From: Stegostoma tigrinum
Taxonomy: Eukaryota
Assembly: GCF_030684315.1 (NCBI RefSeq)
Contig: NC_081398.1
Location: forward strand, 7,613,226-7,677,225
Length of the DNA stretch: 64,000 nucleotides
Reading direction: 5' to 3'
The position numbers and the translations under genes are program-made. Positions 1 through 13,196 of this stretch are shown piece by piece. Position 1 is the first letter of the stretch; each line of letters starts with the position of its first letter. The notes beneath the pieces are model-generated. The model did not search any database and was not told the DNA's origin. It saw only the letters and a list, made by a program, of their open reading frames with translations.

Positions 1-361
1 TATTCTTTGGCACTTAATCGAAATGACCTTAGAGCTGAGAGTGTTGCCGTTGAGCCAGGGTAACAGTGACGGCGTTTGGATTTGTAGAATCGGTTCTTTG
101 CACATCCTGCCAATCTGGAGCATGATCCCAAGAACCGAGGAAGGTAACATCAGTTGGTAGTGTTGCTTGTGGCTCAGCTTATATATTTCATACTAGCTCC
201 TCCCAGTGAAGTCTTGAAACTGGCATTTTGGCAGTGTTGTGGTCTTAACAGAGATTGACAGAAAAGAAGATGCAAACGATAAGTAGTTCTGGAGGAAAGT
301 TTATTGCCATGCTTAACTTTTGTTCTTAATGTTGTAGAGCTGTTTGTCAGAAGACAAGGAA

Positions 362-402
362 ATGGCAGCAGAGACGCAGACGCTCAACTTTGGACCTGAA
401 TG
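362..402 (+). CDS. GIGYF1: coding exon 1 (MAAETQTLNFGPEW)
   Basis: ATG 362; upstream acceptor ttgtag at 337 (or tcag at 350); donor TG|gtaatg; typical GIGYF N-terminus. Confidence 0.95.
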
Positions 403-1467
403 GTAATGTATAACCATAACACTTTCCAAGAAAGGACATGTTTGTTGGAGATTTACATCATGCCCTCATCAGGACAGTCCATAAGAAATACTAAAGTAAA
501 GAGGAAACAACATTTATACTATAAGAGTAAATGCTGATTGGTTGAGGAATTTGCAACTAATATTTAAACAAAGCTTGGCAGTTAACTGTCAAAATAATTA
601 TTGGTGCAGTCTCCATGAAGACACCTTTAGCGATCAAGTCCGCTTGTCATACAGTCTGCTGTTGTGAAGTGTAAATTACAACTACTTTCTGTGATAATTG
701 AGTGTATAAGAAGTTTGTAGGGTACTGGGGACTTTGCTTTGTGCATCCAGATGCTGACTTCTACTGTGCCTTGGGCCTTTGTACCCTTCAGTTACAGTGG
801 ATTTCAACATCAGTGAAAATTAATAGCAGTCTTTTTTTTTATCAAACCACACTTGTTTGTAATTATACAAACTAATACAGTACAAAAAATGAAAATGCTA
901 AGCTCACCCACATTAATGGATGCCTTGTTTGTTAATCAGTACACTTCCATCAGTCATTTTGCAGTCTGACCTCCTTGAGCCTGGCAGAAACATACACTCA
1001 CAACCTTCTCTTTAAATACTTTAATGCCTACAAGTGCCACTGTGTTTGAATGTTTTTTTAATAGAGCCATGTTTGCATCCCAGAAAGAGGATTTATCTCT
1101 TACTAGGGTGGCTAGCAGTTGTATTTATTTTGCTGCATAGCTGATGAACATTTTAATGTTATTTCACCTCTGTACCCTTTTTAAAAATTTATCCATGTAT
1201 ACGTGCCCTAAAATTAGTTCTTCAATCTTGCTGTGGTGTTAAATAAATCCAAGTAAATGTTTCTTCAAACTTGCTTGTTTTGATTTATTTGTTTGTGGAA
1301 CGTGGGCATTACTGCCTAGGCCGGCATGTATTGCTCTTCCTAGTTGCCGCCAAAAAGATGTGGACCTGATCTTCCTTATTTAGTGGCTGTAATCGTGGGA
1401 ACACCTAGTGCTGTTAGAGAACAAATGCCAGGATTTTGACCCAGCAGCAGCAGTGAAAAGATAGTGA

Positions 1468-1574
1468 AATAACAAGGTGTAGAGCTGGATGAACACAGCA
1501 GGCCAAGCAACATTAGAGGAGCAGGAAAGCTAACGTTTCAGGTCTGGACCCTTCTCCAGAAATCCCACTGTCAA
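1468..1574 (-). mobile_element. Penelope-like terminal fragment
   Basis: ggtgtagagctggatgaacacagcaggcc... shared with 6270, 16155 and 25550; flanked by the duplicated tgaaaagatagtga. Confidence 0.65.
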
Positions 1575-1733
1575 TGAAAAGATAGTGATACCATTCCAAG
1601 TAGGAATAGTGAGAGGCTCAGGAACTTGCAAGTGGTGGTTTTTCCAAATGTCTGCTGCCCTCATTCTTCTCTGTCGCGAAAGATGCAAGTGAGTTGTTGC
1701 AGTGTTACCTTGTAGATGGTACACATAGCTGTT

Positions 1734-3253
1734 AGAACATAGAACAGTACAGCTAAGTACACGCCCTTCGGCCAACGATGTTGTGCTGACCTATTATCCT
1801 CCTAAGATCAATCTACATACCCTACATTTTACTGTCCTCCATGTGCCCATCCAAGAGTCGCTTAAAAGTCTGTAAAAGTATGTGACTCCACTACTACTGC
1901 CGGCAGCGCGCTCCACGTGCCCACCACAATGTGAAGAATCTACCTCTGACATCTCCCCTATCCGTTCCTTCATCCACCTTAAAATTGTAGCCCCTCATAA
2001 TAGTCATTTCTGCCTTGGGAAAAAGTCTCTGACTCTCCACTCTATCCATGCCTCTCATCATCTTGTAAACCTCTATCATGTCACCTCTCATCCTTCTTCA
2101 TTCCAATGAAAAAAGCTCTAGCTCTCTGAACCTTCCCTCAAAAGACATGCCCTCCAGTCCAGGCAGCATCTTGGTAAATCTCCTCTGCATCCTCTCTAAA
2201 GCTGCCACATCTTTCCAATAATGAGGTGACCAGAACTGAGCATAATATTCCAAGTGCAGTCTAACCAGAGTTTTATACAGCTGCAACATAACTTTAACTC
2301 AATTAAACTCAATTTCCCTGCCACTGAAAGCCAACATGCCATGCGCCTTCTTTACAACCCTATCAACTTGGGTCACAACTTTGAGGGATCTCTGGACGTG
2401 GATGCCAAGATCCCTCAGTTCCTCCACACTGCCGAGAATCCTGCCATTAACCCTGTATTCTGCATTCAAATTCACCCTTCCAAAATGCATCACTTCACTC
2501 TCTTCTGGGGAATTCCACCTGCCACTTCTTTGCTCAGCCCTACATCCTGTCAATGTCCCATTGCAAACTGCAGCAGCCCTCCACGCTGTCCCCAACTCTA
2601 CCAACCTTCGTGCCATTGGCAAACTTACTAACCCACCCTTCCACTTCCTCAACCAAGTCATTTTTAAAGATGACAAAGAGCAAAGATCCCAGAACAGATC
2701 CCTGCAGAATGCCACTATCACCGAGCTGCAGGCTGAATACTTTCCATCTACTACCACCGTCTTCTGTTGTACAGCCAGTTTGTATCCAGACAGCCAAATT
2801 TCCCTGAATTTTATGCCTCCTTACTTTCTGGATGAGCCTACCATGCAGCACCTTATCGAATGCCTTGCTAAAATCCATGTACACCACATCCACTACTCCA
2901 CCTTCATCGTGTTTCGTCATCTCCTCAAAGAATTCAATAAGGCTTGTGAGGCGTGACCTGCCCCCTTCAAAGCCTTCCTGACTATTTCTAAGCAAACTGT
3001 GCTTTTCCAAATAATCATAAATGCTGTCTCTCAGAATCCTGTCTAATAATTTGCCGACCACAGAAGTAAGACTAGCCAGTCTGTAATTTCCAGGATTATC
3101 CCTATTCCCTTTCTTGAACAAGGGAATGACGTTTTTTAGATTGGATTCCCTATAGTGTGGAAACAGGCCCTTTGGCCCAACAATTTGCCCCCTCCAATCT
3201 TCTGGTACTACTACAGTGGACAGTGAGGACGCAAAGATCATTGCCAAAGGGAC
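1734..3253 (-). mobile_element. 5'-truncated CR1/HER1-like LINE (decayed RT)
   Basis: Minus ORFs with [25 protein letters not shown] motifs; (ttctatg)-like tail; TSD agctgtt at 1727-1733 and 3254-3260. Confidence 0.92.
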
Positions 3254-4956
3254 AGCTGTTGCTGTATGTTGGTGATGAAGAGAGCAAAGTTTGAGTGGAA
3301 TGTCAATCACACAGACTGCTTTGTCCTGAATAGTGTTAAGCTGCTTCAGTGTTGTTGGAACCGTGGTCATGCAGTCAACCATGAGAGTATTCCATTACAC
3401 GCCTGACTTTTACCTTGAAAGGCGATTCCTTCCCAGAGTCCCCAGCTTATGGGCAGTTTTAAGATTTCTGCAGACAGTCACGTTTGATTTGTTTTATTAC
3501 AGTCACGTGTACTGAGGTACAGTGAAAAGTGTTGTCTTACATACTTTGCAGACAGACTGTGCTGTACAGTTACATCAGTGTAACAGAACAGTGTTACAGT
3601 TGCCAGGAAGTGCAAACAGAGATCAATATTAACATTAAAGTCCATTCAGAAGTCTGATAACTGCAGGGATGAAGTTGTTCTTGAATCTGTTCATATGTGT
3701 ATACAAATGTGTTAAATTGGCTGCTGCTTGCAAGAGGCACTTCCCTGTTATCTGCATACTTAGACAGCTTACCGGAAATATTGACCTTAACTCTGGTATC
3801 GTGTCAGACTTCCGTCCCTCTCCCTTTTGTATCATAAGTTGATGTGCTGTAATGGACGAGGGTGGAAGAAGGCCCATATGGAGCATAATCATCAGCATGG
3901 ACCTGTTGGGGGCTGAATGGCCTGTTTTCTTTTTGGGTGATTTACACAATTCTGGTCTATGCAAGAATGTTAATAAACCCTTCTCCCTAACTGAGAGGCA
4001 TTTTGTTGGTGGAAAGGCCAGCCAGGAGATTACTGCTGTTCAAGATACACTTAAATGACTGAATAAGGAGCTTTTCTGATGCAGTGATCTGTGCTACCAG
4101 TATTTAGCCATGAAAGAAAGAACTGTTAGTTCCAAAACCCAAAGGTAAAAGTGGATCTCACATATAAATAAGGAGATGAATACATCAAGATGTATTCATC
4201 TCCTTATTCACTAAAATCTCCCTACCGTTTGCAAAACGCAAGTTAAGCACCATTAAAATGGCAGCAGCATCAACAACACTCCGAGTTTCAGCACCTTCCA
4301 AGACTAAGCAATCCGCTTGACTAGCACTTTGTCCACCACAAATGCATGGGGCAGCTGTGTACCCTCTACAAGGTGCACTGCAGCAATTAACCAAGACTCC
4401 TTCAACAGTACAAACCTTCCAAAATGTGAACTTTACCATCTAAAAGGCCAGGGTACCAAATACATGGGAGCAACACCACCTCCAAGTTCCCCTCAAATCA
4501 CTTACTATCCTATTTGGAACTATGTCATTGTCCCTCAATCATACCAGGTCAAAATCGTGGAATTTTCCAAAAACACAAGGATACACCTATATCGCATGAT
4601 TTAAGATGACATCACACCGCCATTTCTTAAAGCCTGGTGGGAATAGGCAATAAATGCTGGCTTTAATCATGACACCCGCATAGCATGAACACAATTATAA
4701 AAGTACACTCGTCTTGAGGGAACAAGATTTGGGGCAACCCTTCTATCAGATGCTGACATACTTTTGTGTTGTCTGTCTTGAACTTTACATAAAATAATAA
4801 ACTTTAACTCCTTCAAAAATAGTTCACTTGAGCGACTAAAATTTACCCCTTGGAATCTTTCAGCAAAGTGGGGATATTCAGTCAATTGTGACTGTGCCTT
4901 AACACAGTTCCTGGGCATTTTCCCTTATTGCTATGAGCCATTCTGCTTGACAGTAG

Positions 4957-5105
4957 GATTGGATTAGATTAGATTAGATTCCATACAGTGTGGAAGCAGG
5001 CCCTTCGGCCCAACAAGTCCACACCGCCCCTTGGAGCATCCCACCCAGACCCATTCCCCTATAACCCACACACCCCTGAACACTACGGGCAGTTTAGCAT
5101 GGCCG
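4957..5105 (-). mobile_element. HE1-like SINE 3' fragment
   Basis: (attag)n tail; reverse complement similar to the 3' part of 13915-14230. Confidence 0.7.
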
Positions 5106-5478
5106 TGTGTGGGTGCAATTCTAACGGCGCTCATCAGTACAAGGAGGAGAAATCTGAGCATCATTTAAATGCTGCTGTGGGAGAGAGGATCTAGCCCTGG
5201 ACAAACTTGAGCAGAACTCTGCTTCCCAACTGATACAGGCCAAATTGGTATGGTTAAGAAGTGTAGGGTACTGTATAAATATATTTAGATTCACTACATT
5301 ATCATTCAGTCATTTTTTATTAGCTGTGTGTGCTGGTGACTGATGTATCCTAGCACGCTTTATTGCACCACACCCCTGGCTCTAGGAAGGACTCTGGTTT
5401 AATCCCTATCGATAATTTCGGAATTTTAAACTGATCTTATTGGATGACCCTGGAATGAATTGTATTCTGTTGTTACAG

Positions 5479-5608
5479 GCTTCGTGCATTGTCCAGTGGT
5501 GGAAGTATTGCATCCCCACCTCCTTCACCTGCATTGCCAAAATACAAACTAGCAGATTATCGATATGGAAGAGAGGAAATGCTAGCACTTTATATGAAAG
5601 ATAACAAG
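5479..5608 (+). CDS. GIGYF1: coding exon 2 (LRALSSGG...YRYGREEMLALYMKDNK), with 4EHP-binding motif
   Basis: ttacag| acceptor, |gtactt donor, 130 nt; YRYGREEML is the canonical 4EHP-binding motif of GIGYF proteins. Confidence 0.97.
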
Positions 5609-7000
5609 GTACTTTTAATAAGCATAATTGGTTGCATTTTCCCTTGTATACTGCCTGTACTCTTCTGTAACTTTCCAACATTTGTCAGTTCAGGAATGTT
5701 TCTGATGTGTAAAGTACAAGCCAAATTGTGTCTGGCCATGATGTGCTGAGTTTTTTTTTCAACAGTCTCTTGTGCGCTGATTATTTTGTGTGAAAATTCT
5801 TTGCCATTCGTAGTGACCTAGCATTGTCTGGAAGAAGTAACAGCAATGTAGTCAGATAAGGAAAGAAAATGATTTCTGGGCATGTGCAGCAGCATAAAAT
5901 TTAGGGGAGCTGTCTGGAAGCAGTCATGAGAAACGATGGTACCACTGTCTGATTATCCTAGGATCAGCACCTCCCTATTTATTTTTGGATGTGACTTTCA
6001 CTTTGTCTTTTTTTGAAATGAAAAATCTCGTTGGCAGAGACTCTGTTCCACCTTGTGAACAAAAAGACTACTCTTTGACCTTTGAATTTGAAACTAGTTG
6101 CCCACCAGTACTTGAGTTTGGATGTTGGATGTTTTAATTGCCAGAGTGGGCATGTCTGGATGTGAGCATTCAAGACCATTATCCAGGTCTTTTTGCAACT
6201 GAATGCAAGAAAATGATGGTGTAAATTGATTGAACTGAAGCAGGACCTTGTGAATTTGAGTTAGTGAACAAAGGTGGAAACTCGGATGAACACAGCCAGC
6301 CAAGCAGTGTCAGAGGAGCAGGAACGCTGACGTTTTGGGCCTAGACCCGTCAGACATCAGTTACTGTTTTCTGTCTCCCTCTTCTATTTTTTTCCCACCC
6401 CCCTATTGCCCGAAGCCACACAAAAAAAATTAGCAATTACTTACCAGACCTCTTCATTTGCTGCCTTGTTTAGAATATAAGAAATAAGAGCCGAGTAGGC
6501 AACTCAGTCCTTCAAGGCTGCATTCGTTAAGATTGCGGTTGATCTGGTTGTGACCTAAAATCCATTTCCCTGTCTGTCTTGCTATTATCTCCCACCCACT
6601 TAACTTCTAACTCCCTGGTAGTTTGAGGCTGTTTGACAAGTCTTTGAATATATTCTGCAACCCAGTGTCCAGATTTCCAAATGCTAATCACCCCATAAGA
6701 AATGCCATCCTCTGCTCTGCCTGTAAAGGGAGACCCCTTGTTTGAAGCGGTGTCCAGTCTGTAGACTCATCCAGAGAGAAAATTTGCTCTCACTGCTTAT
6801 CCCATCAAACCCCCTTAGAATCTTGAAAAATTGGTTTGCTGTCCTGCTTTCAGTAAGTAATTGAGAATATTAACACATCAGTGGTGCATGGGGCATTGCA
6901 AAACCTTCTAGCGCTGGATGCATAACCAACAGCTCTGAGTTAAGTCACCAAAGAAACCCAGTGCACATGCTGAGACTTGTTTCTGGTTTTATTTTGTAAG

Positions 7001-7096
7001 GTTCCCGAAGAGTTGTCGGACAAAGAATTTCTGGCTGTCTTACAAGATGAGCCACTTCTGCCTTTAGCACTTGTACCTCTTACAGAGGAAGAGCAG
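7001..7096 (+). CDS. GIGYF1: coding exon 3 (VPEELSDKEF...PLALVPLTEEEQ)
   Basis: tttgtaag| and |gtgggt, 96 nt; auxiliary 4EHP-binding region. Confidence 0.97.
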
Positions 7097-8130
7097 GTGG
7101 GTTGAGTTAATGTGTTTTGTTTAAAACCTACAAATACTGCTGGGTGCAGTGCGTAAACATTAGTTTTTCTTTGAACTGAGCAGTACTGTGCCAACTAGAC
7201 TCGTTCAAGGTCTCATACTGTTGTGGACTCAAACTAGGACACTGCTGATAAACTTCAACTCAAAATATAGCTGTGGCCATGAGAGTAAATATTTCAGTTG
7301 CTTCCCCTCGTCCCCACGTAGACTGCAGGGAAGATGAATCAACTTTACATTGATACCGTGCATTCATTCCTGCATTAATGCCTGAATATCTGCTGCATTA
7401 CAACTTTATATCTTATCCTCTTGGACCTGCCTGCCTAAATTCAGCACTTGGCTTAATTATGCATTAAAAGTTGAAATATCTAGATTGGTAGTTGCTATCT
7501 GGGTCTTTGCGAGAAACTAGTCTCACTTTAGTTACAGTGCATCTCAGGAAGAAGGGAATTAAGTTGTCCAGCCTCAAATTGCCTTTAGTATTGCTGTCAG
7601 AAATCCAAGCATTGGCTGCAGCAGAGCAGTACACCCATTATATAAAGCAGGTAGGATAATGTGACCAAAATGAATTGATGCTCATGCTGCCCTTTTGGGT
7701 CATTGCATACTTCATATTGTGTTCAATTCAGTCTTTTTTACTGTAGGAGATATAGCTGCTGAAATGTGGAGTGAATTTGGATATCTTAACATGCAACTGT
7801 TTATTATGACAACAACAATCTGTATTTGTGTAGCCACTTCAGAATAGAGCATCCCAAGGTCCTTTGTAGGGACAAGATTTTACTGTCTCACAAAGGGGGA
7901 TATTATGGATCGAGAGAGGGGGGCTTTAAATAACACCTTAAAGACGAAGAGCAGTGGTGTGTTTTTATAGAGCAGGAATTCCAGATCTTAGGACCCAAGC
8001 AGCTGTGGTCTCTCAAATTGGAATGATTAAAGTCCGGGCATGCAGAAGGCTAGAATTAGAGTACAGCGGAGACCTTGCGTTAGTGAGTTCATGGAGGTTA
8101 CACAGATCGGATGGAGTGAGGGAAGATGAC

Positions 8131-9562
8131 TACTGGAGGATAGCAAATGTGGTTCCCCTATTCAAGAAGGGGAGTAGAGACAACCCTGGTAATTATAGAC
8201 CAGTGAGCCTTACCTCAGGTTGTTGGTAAAGTGTTGGAAAAGGTTATAAGGGATAGGATTTATGATCATCTAGAAAAGAATAAATTGATTAGGGATAGTC
8301 AGCACGGTTTTGTGAAGGGTAGGTCGTGCCTCACAAACCTTATTGAGCTCTTTGAGAAGGTGACCAAACAGTTAGATGAGAGTAAACCGGTTGATGTGGT
8401 GTATATGGATTTCAGCAAGGCGTTTGATAAGGTTCCCCACAGTAGGCTATTGTACAAAATGCAGAGGAATGGGATTATGGGAGATATAGCAGTTTGGATC
8501 GGAAATTGGCTTGCTGAAAGAAGACAGAGGGTGGTAGTTGATGGGAAATGTTCATCCTGGAGACCAGTTACTAGGGGTGTACCGCAAGGGTCGGTGTTGG
8601 GTCCACTGCTGTTTGTCATTTATAAAAATGACCTGGATGAGGGCGTAGAAGGATGAGTTAGTAAATTTGCAGATGACACTAAGATAGGTGGAGTTGTGGA
8701 TAGTGACGAAGGATGCTGTAGATTGCAGAGAAACATGGATAAGCTGCAGAGCTGGGCTGAGAGGTGGCAAATGGAGTTTAATGCAGACAAGTGTGAGGTG
8801 ATGCACTTTGGTAGGAGTAACCGGAAGGCAAAGTACTGGGCTAATGGTAAGATTCTTAGTAGTATAGGTGAGCAGAGAGATCTCGGTGTCCATGTACACA
8901 GATCCTTGAAAGTTGCCACCCAGGTTGACAGGGCTGTTCAGAAGGTATACAGTGTTGTAGCCTTTATTAATAGAGGGATCGAGTTCCGGAACCAAGAGGT
9001 TAAGCTGCAGCTGTACAAAACTCTGGTGCAGCCACGCTTGGAGTATTGCATACAATTCTGGTCACCGCATTATAAGAAGGATGTGGAAGCTTTGGAAAGG
9101 CTGCAGAGGAGATTTACTAGGATGGTGCCTGGTATGGAGGGAAGGTCTTACGAGGAAATGCTGAGGGACTTGAGGCCGTTTTTGTTAAAGAGAAGGAGGT
9201 TGAGAGGTGACTTAATTGAAACATGTAAAATAATCAGAGGGTTAGATAGGGTGGTAGGGAGAGCCTTTTTCCCAGGATGGTGCCGGCGAGCACAAGGGGG
9301 CATAGCTTTAAATTGAGGGGTGAAAGATCTAGGACAGATGTCAGAGGTAGTTTCTTTACTCAGAGAGTAGTAAGGGAATGGAACGCTTTTCCTGCAATGG
9401 TAGTAGATTTGCCAACTTTAGGTACATTTAAGTCGTCATTAGACAAGCATATGGACGTACGTGGAATAGTGTACGTTAGATGGGCTTCAGATCGGTATGA
9501 CAGGTCGGCACAACATCGAGGGCGGAAGGGCCTGTACTGTACTGTAATGTTCTGTGTTCTAT
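8131..9562 (+). mobile_element. 5'-truncated, relatively young CR1/HER1-like LINE
   Basis: RT motifs [39 protein letters not shown]; one stop (8654-8656) and about two frameshifts; gttctgtgttctat tail. Confidence 0.95.
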
Positions 9563-10133
9563 ACTTTGGATCAAGAAAAGCCTAAATTCTAACTGGTGTG
9601 GGTTGGTTGGATTGAATGGAACTTTCAATGAGTGAGACCCAGTTGGAGGAGTTTTGGGCGGTCGCCAGTTTATGGAGGGTGGAATATACGAGGCCACCCT
9701 GTATACATTCTATCACTGCGATTTTTTTTTCTTGTCCCTCAATGACCATAGTGGCTGATCTTGTGGGTTTTAAATACCGTTGCTAATTCAAAGCAATTGC
9801 TGCTGAATTGTAGGTTATTGCAACTTGACGTATTCAGAATTAAAAATATTATCTAAGCAGCTTCATCTCGGGTCAGAAAAAAGTGGATAGGTTTTAGAAT
9901 CGTACAGGGAGAATTTTTTATGCAATTGACTTGTCAAGGCAGTTGGGCAAGAAAATAGGTCTTTTGCACAGATTTAAATGTGACATTTGTACCAAATAAG
10001 CTTCTGTGACTCATGGTCTTTATGAAAATGTGTCAGTCTTAACAGCCTTGACATTGTTGCAAGGTAGGGAGATCTATGTTTTTTTTATGGAATTACCTTA
10101 AACTGAAAGCCCTGCCTTTTTGTTTCTGCATAG

Positions 10134-10245
10134 AGAAATTTTTCTATGTCCGTGAACAGCTCTGCAGTGATGAGGTTGATGGGGCGGGGAGGAGGAGCCC
10201 CATCAGCAGGGGTTGTCAGAGGCCGAGGCAGTACAAGAGGCCGAG
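10134..10245 (+). CDS. GIGYF1: coding exon 4 (RNFSMSVNSSAVMRLMGRG...RGR)
   Basis: gcatag| and |gtaaga, 112 nt; RG-rich. Confidence 0.96.
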
Positions 10246-10819
10246 GTAAGAAACCAGAACTGCAGCATGTGCAAGCTGTGATCTGCCAGGGAACCAGCAC
10301 GATTGCAAGAATAGGCCATGTGGCAGCTTGAACCTGCTCAACCTGACATCAAAATCACAGTTGACTTACCCAAATCCAGTTTACTGTCCCATCTCCATCG
10401 ACCCCTATTTGCCCAAGTGGCAGTGCATTTTTTTAAATTAGATGCTGCCTGGCTGTTTCATTTATCATGTTACTGTGCCACTCGGACCACAAGATGACAC
10501 TGGTATGCAGATTAACTGTGTTACCTTGGAAAGAAAATCTGACTGGCTGAACTGAAGTCCAGTATGCCACCTGGCTGTGACCCACCTCTGTCCAATTTCT
10601 GTTCCACTCTGTCCAACCTCTGTACCATACGTAACAAAAAAAACCAACAGCTTTGTGCATCTCTGATCACCTGCATATTCAGCATTTGCATTTAATTGTA
10701 CAGTAAAGACAAGTCTTCGCCTGATAAAATATCCCTTAAGGTACTAGCTTAAGGTGTCCACTTAGTCTTGTTGTAATATCTTGCTGTAAAATCTTACTCC
10801 ACGTACATGAGTGTGTATA

Positions 10820-10946
10820 TTCTCTCCGCATGGTTATGACATCTCATTTGGTGGCCAGATCATCTAATTTGATTCTCTTTTAGAAAAGGAGAATCAAATT
10901 AGATGATTTGGCCACCAAATGAGATGTCATAACCATGTGGAGAGAA
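10820..10946. repeat. near-perfect inverted repeat (62-bp arms, 3-nt loop)
   Basis: Arms compared base by base; three differences only. Confidence 0.95.
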
Positions 10947-11645
10947 AACGTTTTAGAAAGTTTTGAGTAAGGGCACGTAATCTCAAGAGAAAGCTGTCAA
11001 TAATCAATTCCATCTATACTTTCATATGACATTCCAATTAGTATCTAAGGCAAGTTATCCCAGTCAGTTTGTCATTCTCATAATGTTATCTCTGTATTCT
11101 ATGTGGTCCTTCCCATTAATTACAGTTCTGTCTGACTCATGGGTTCTGGAGAAACCATGTTTTCATAATATCTTTAAAACAAAGATCAATTATTGCTGTA
11201 TGGTTCCAGACTTTGCCAAACTTATTTGTTCTTTTGTTACAAAAAAGTAATTCTTTTCAAAAGTAATCTGTTAGATCACAGTTGTCATTTTTTTGCTTTT
11301 AATATTATCTCAAATTCGGACGTGAGAGACACAGGCTCACAAACTATGGAAAGTCTCTTACCTACATCTACCCTGCCTGTCCGTTTCAGTAGTTTAAGTA
11401 TCAATGAATTCACTTCCGATTCTTTGAAGCTCTAGAGGATAAAGCCCAATTAAGCCATACTGTCAATAGGGCCTTCTATCATCTCGGGCACAAGACTGGT
11501 GATACTTCCTTGCACTGCCTCTGTGGCAATAATATCATTCCTGACCTAATGAGACCAAAACTGTCATTTTTGGACACCTCTGGTCAGAATCAGGAAATTA
11601 TTTTGTAGCGCATTTTGTTATTTCCCTTGTCTGTCAACCCCACAG

Positions 11646-11754
11646 GTCGAGGAAGAGGTGAAAGTGGTTACTACCAAAGAAGTTTTGAAGATGGTGAAGG
11701 GGGGTTTGGCCGTGGAGCGCGTGAAATGCTGCGAAGTCAAAGCTGGGAAGAAAG
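11646..11754 (+). CDS. GIGYF1: coding exon 5 (GRGRGESGYYQRSFED...RSQSWEER)
   Basis: cacag| and |gtatgt, 109 nt. Confidence 0.96.
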
Positions 11755-12651
11755 GTATGTTGCAGCAGGTGTTATTTGCAATTTGACAGGAGCCTGGGGA
11801 GGTTGAAGATGGCTAACAGGTTTTTAATGAAGTTGGGGGATGGTCCTCCATTCTTGTGTTCTGAACCATTCAAGTTGAAAAGTTGCTGTGAATGCTGCTG
11901 AAAATTCTGCATTTAAAGCCATATTTATCCTGGTATTGGACTAGAATCTTTCCTGCAGGACCTGGATACGGCAGTAATGATATGCCCTTCTTCGATCCAT
12001 GTATAGATGTGTGGAAGTTGAATGGCTCAATTTGCATCAACATTTTGAATCCACACTGCAGTGTTGTGTAGTTTGTACATCAGCTGCATTATGAGATAAT
12101 GCTTGCATGGCAGCTGCTGAACATGCTTAATGTCAGGAGATATGAATAATATTAGGAGAAAGAATCTGATGCTATGAACTTTCTCACTGTTGTGATGTAA
12201 GTATACCTTGCCTTTAAGAGAATTCACGTTTAAGTGCTCCATGTCCTGTGTTTGTAGTGTTGCGGTTCTGCCTGGCAGTTTGTCTGCTGAGGGTTTGTAA
12301 CTTGTATATGCAGTCGTGACTGTCTTTGTGCTTTTCTGTTTTAAATAAACTAACCCACAGAATTAATCAAATCCTGAGGGACATTTTAATTGTTACAATA
12401 TTATCACAAATGCGACAACTTTTATTCAGAGGCACTGGATGACGTCTTGAAATTCTAAATGGTGAGGTCGGAATTGGTTCAGGCACAAAATGAAATAACT
12501 GCACAGAGCTCAAATCCATTAATCCTGTTGTTGCCTCACTGGTTTCTAGAAAAGCATATGTTTCTTGCATTTTCTGATTTCCTTCCCTTAAATATCTGAC
12601 TCTGGCATTTGTATGGTTCGCTGGTCTCAGCAGTCCTTCAGCACTCCACTT

Positions 12652-13196
12652 ATTGGCCATTCTTAAGGCAAGAGCCTAATTATATGGCTTTGGCCAGCTT
12701 TCGGACCTCTGGCTGTAAGCTGTCTGTTTTACGGTAGATGGATGCTTAAAAGTAGAGGCTTTAGTGGGTGATTCTTCCCTGTCCACCTAGCAAGCAACAA
12801 AGACACTAATAGTGATTGCCCAGCCTGTTGAGATGACTGAGATCAGCTAATCAGCCATGATCGGCCATGGATAGGTAAACAGCTAATTCGAGGAGCCTCC
12901 ACAGACATCCCTATTAACGATGATAAAAGGAACCCCGTGCATTAGTCTGTTTAAAAAAAAAACTGATGCACTTGAAGCCATCTTCTGCCACACTTGCTGC
13001 ATGGGCAATCTATTTTGATTGAGATTCCCACCATCATAGGTGTTGGTCGTCAGCTGATTTGATTCACTACTTGATATCAAGAAATCTGGTACAGTACATT
13101 GGAAGACGAAACACAGGCTGGGTGACTGCTTTGTAGAGCATCTGTGCTCTGTCTGTAGACGTGACCCCAAGCTTTCACCTGCCTGCCACTTCAACA
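12652..13196 (+). repeat. copy 1 of about 530-bp local duplication
   Basis: Colinear with 14702-15220 (e.g. acagacatccctattaacgatgataaaagg in both). Confidence 0.9.

Larger units (their letters stand above)
1290..3420 (-). mobile_element. old L2/CR1-clade LINE 3' fragment, split by two later insertions
   Basis: Minus-strand translation at 3260-3382 (TTLKQLNTIQDKA...LHHQH) resembles an RT C-terminal region; sequence resumes at 1290-1733 across the inserts. Confidence 0.6.

Noticed and set aside
1-143. Possible upstream non-coding exon ending at aag|gtaaca (143), or a promoter
   Set aside because: Only a donor-like motif; no CpG island or other support. The promoter probably lies outside the window.
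1882-3382. Many overlapping ORFs up to 280 aa
   Set aside because: Fragments and antisense shadows of decayed LINE RT; the 280-aa ORF is a chimera across element junctions.
7954-9585. RT ORFs as an active or domesticated gene
   Set aside because: 5'-truncated, no endonuclease, with a stop at 8654 and frameshifts.
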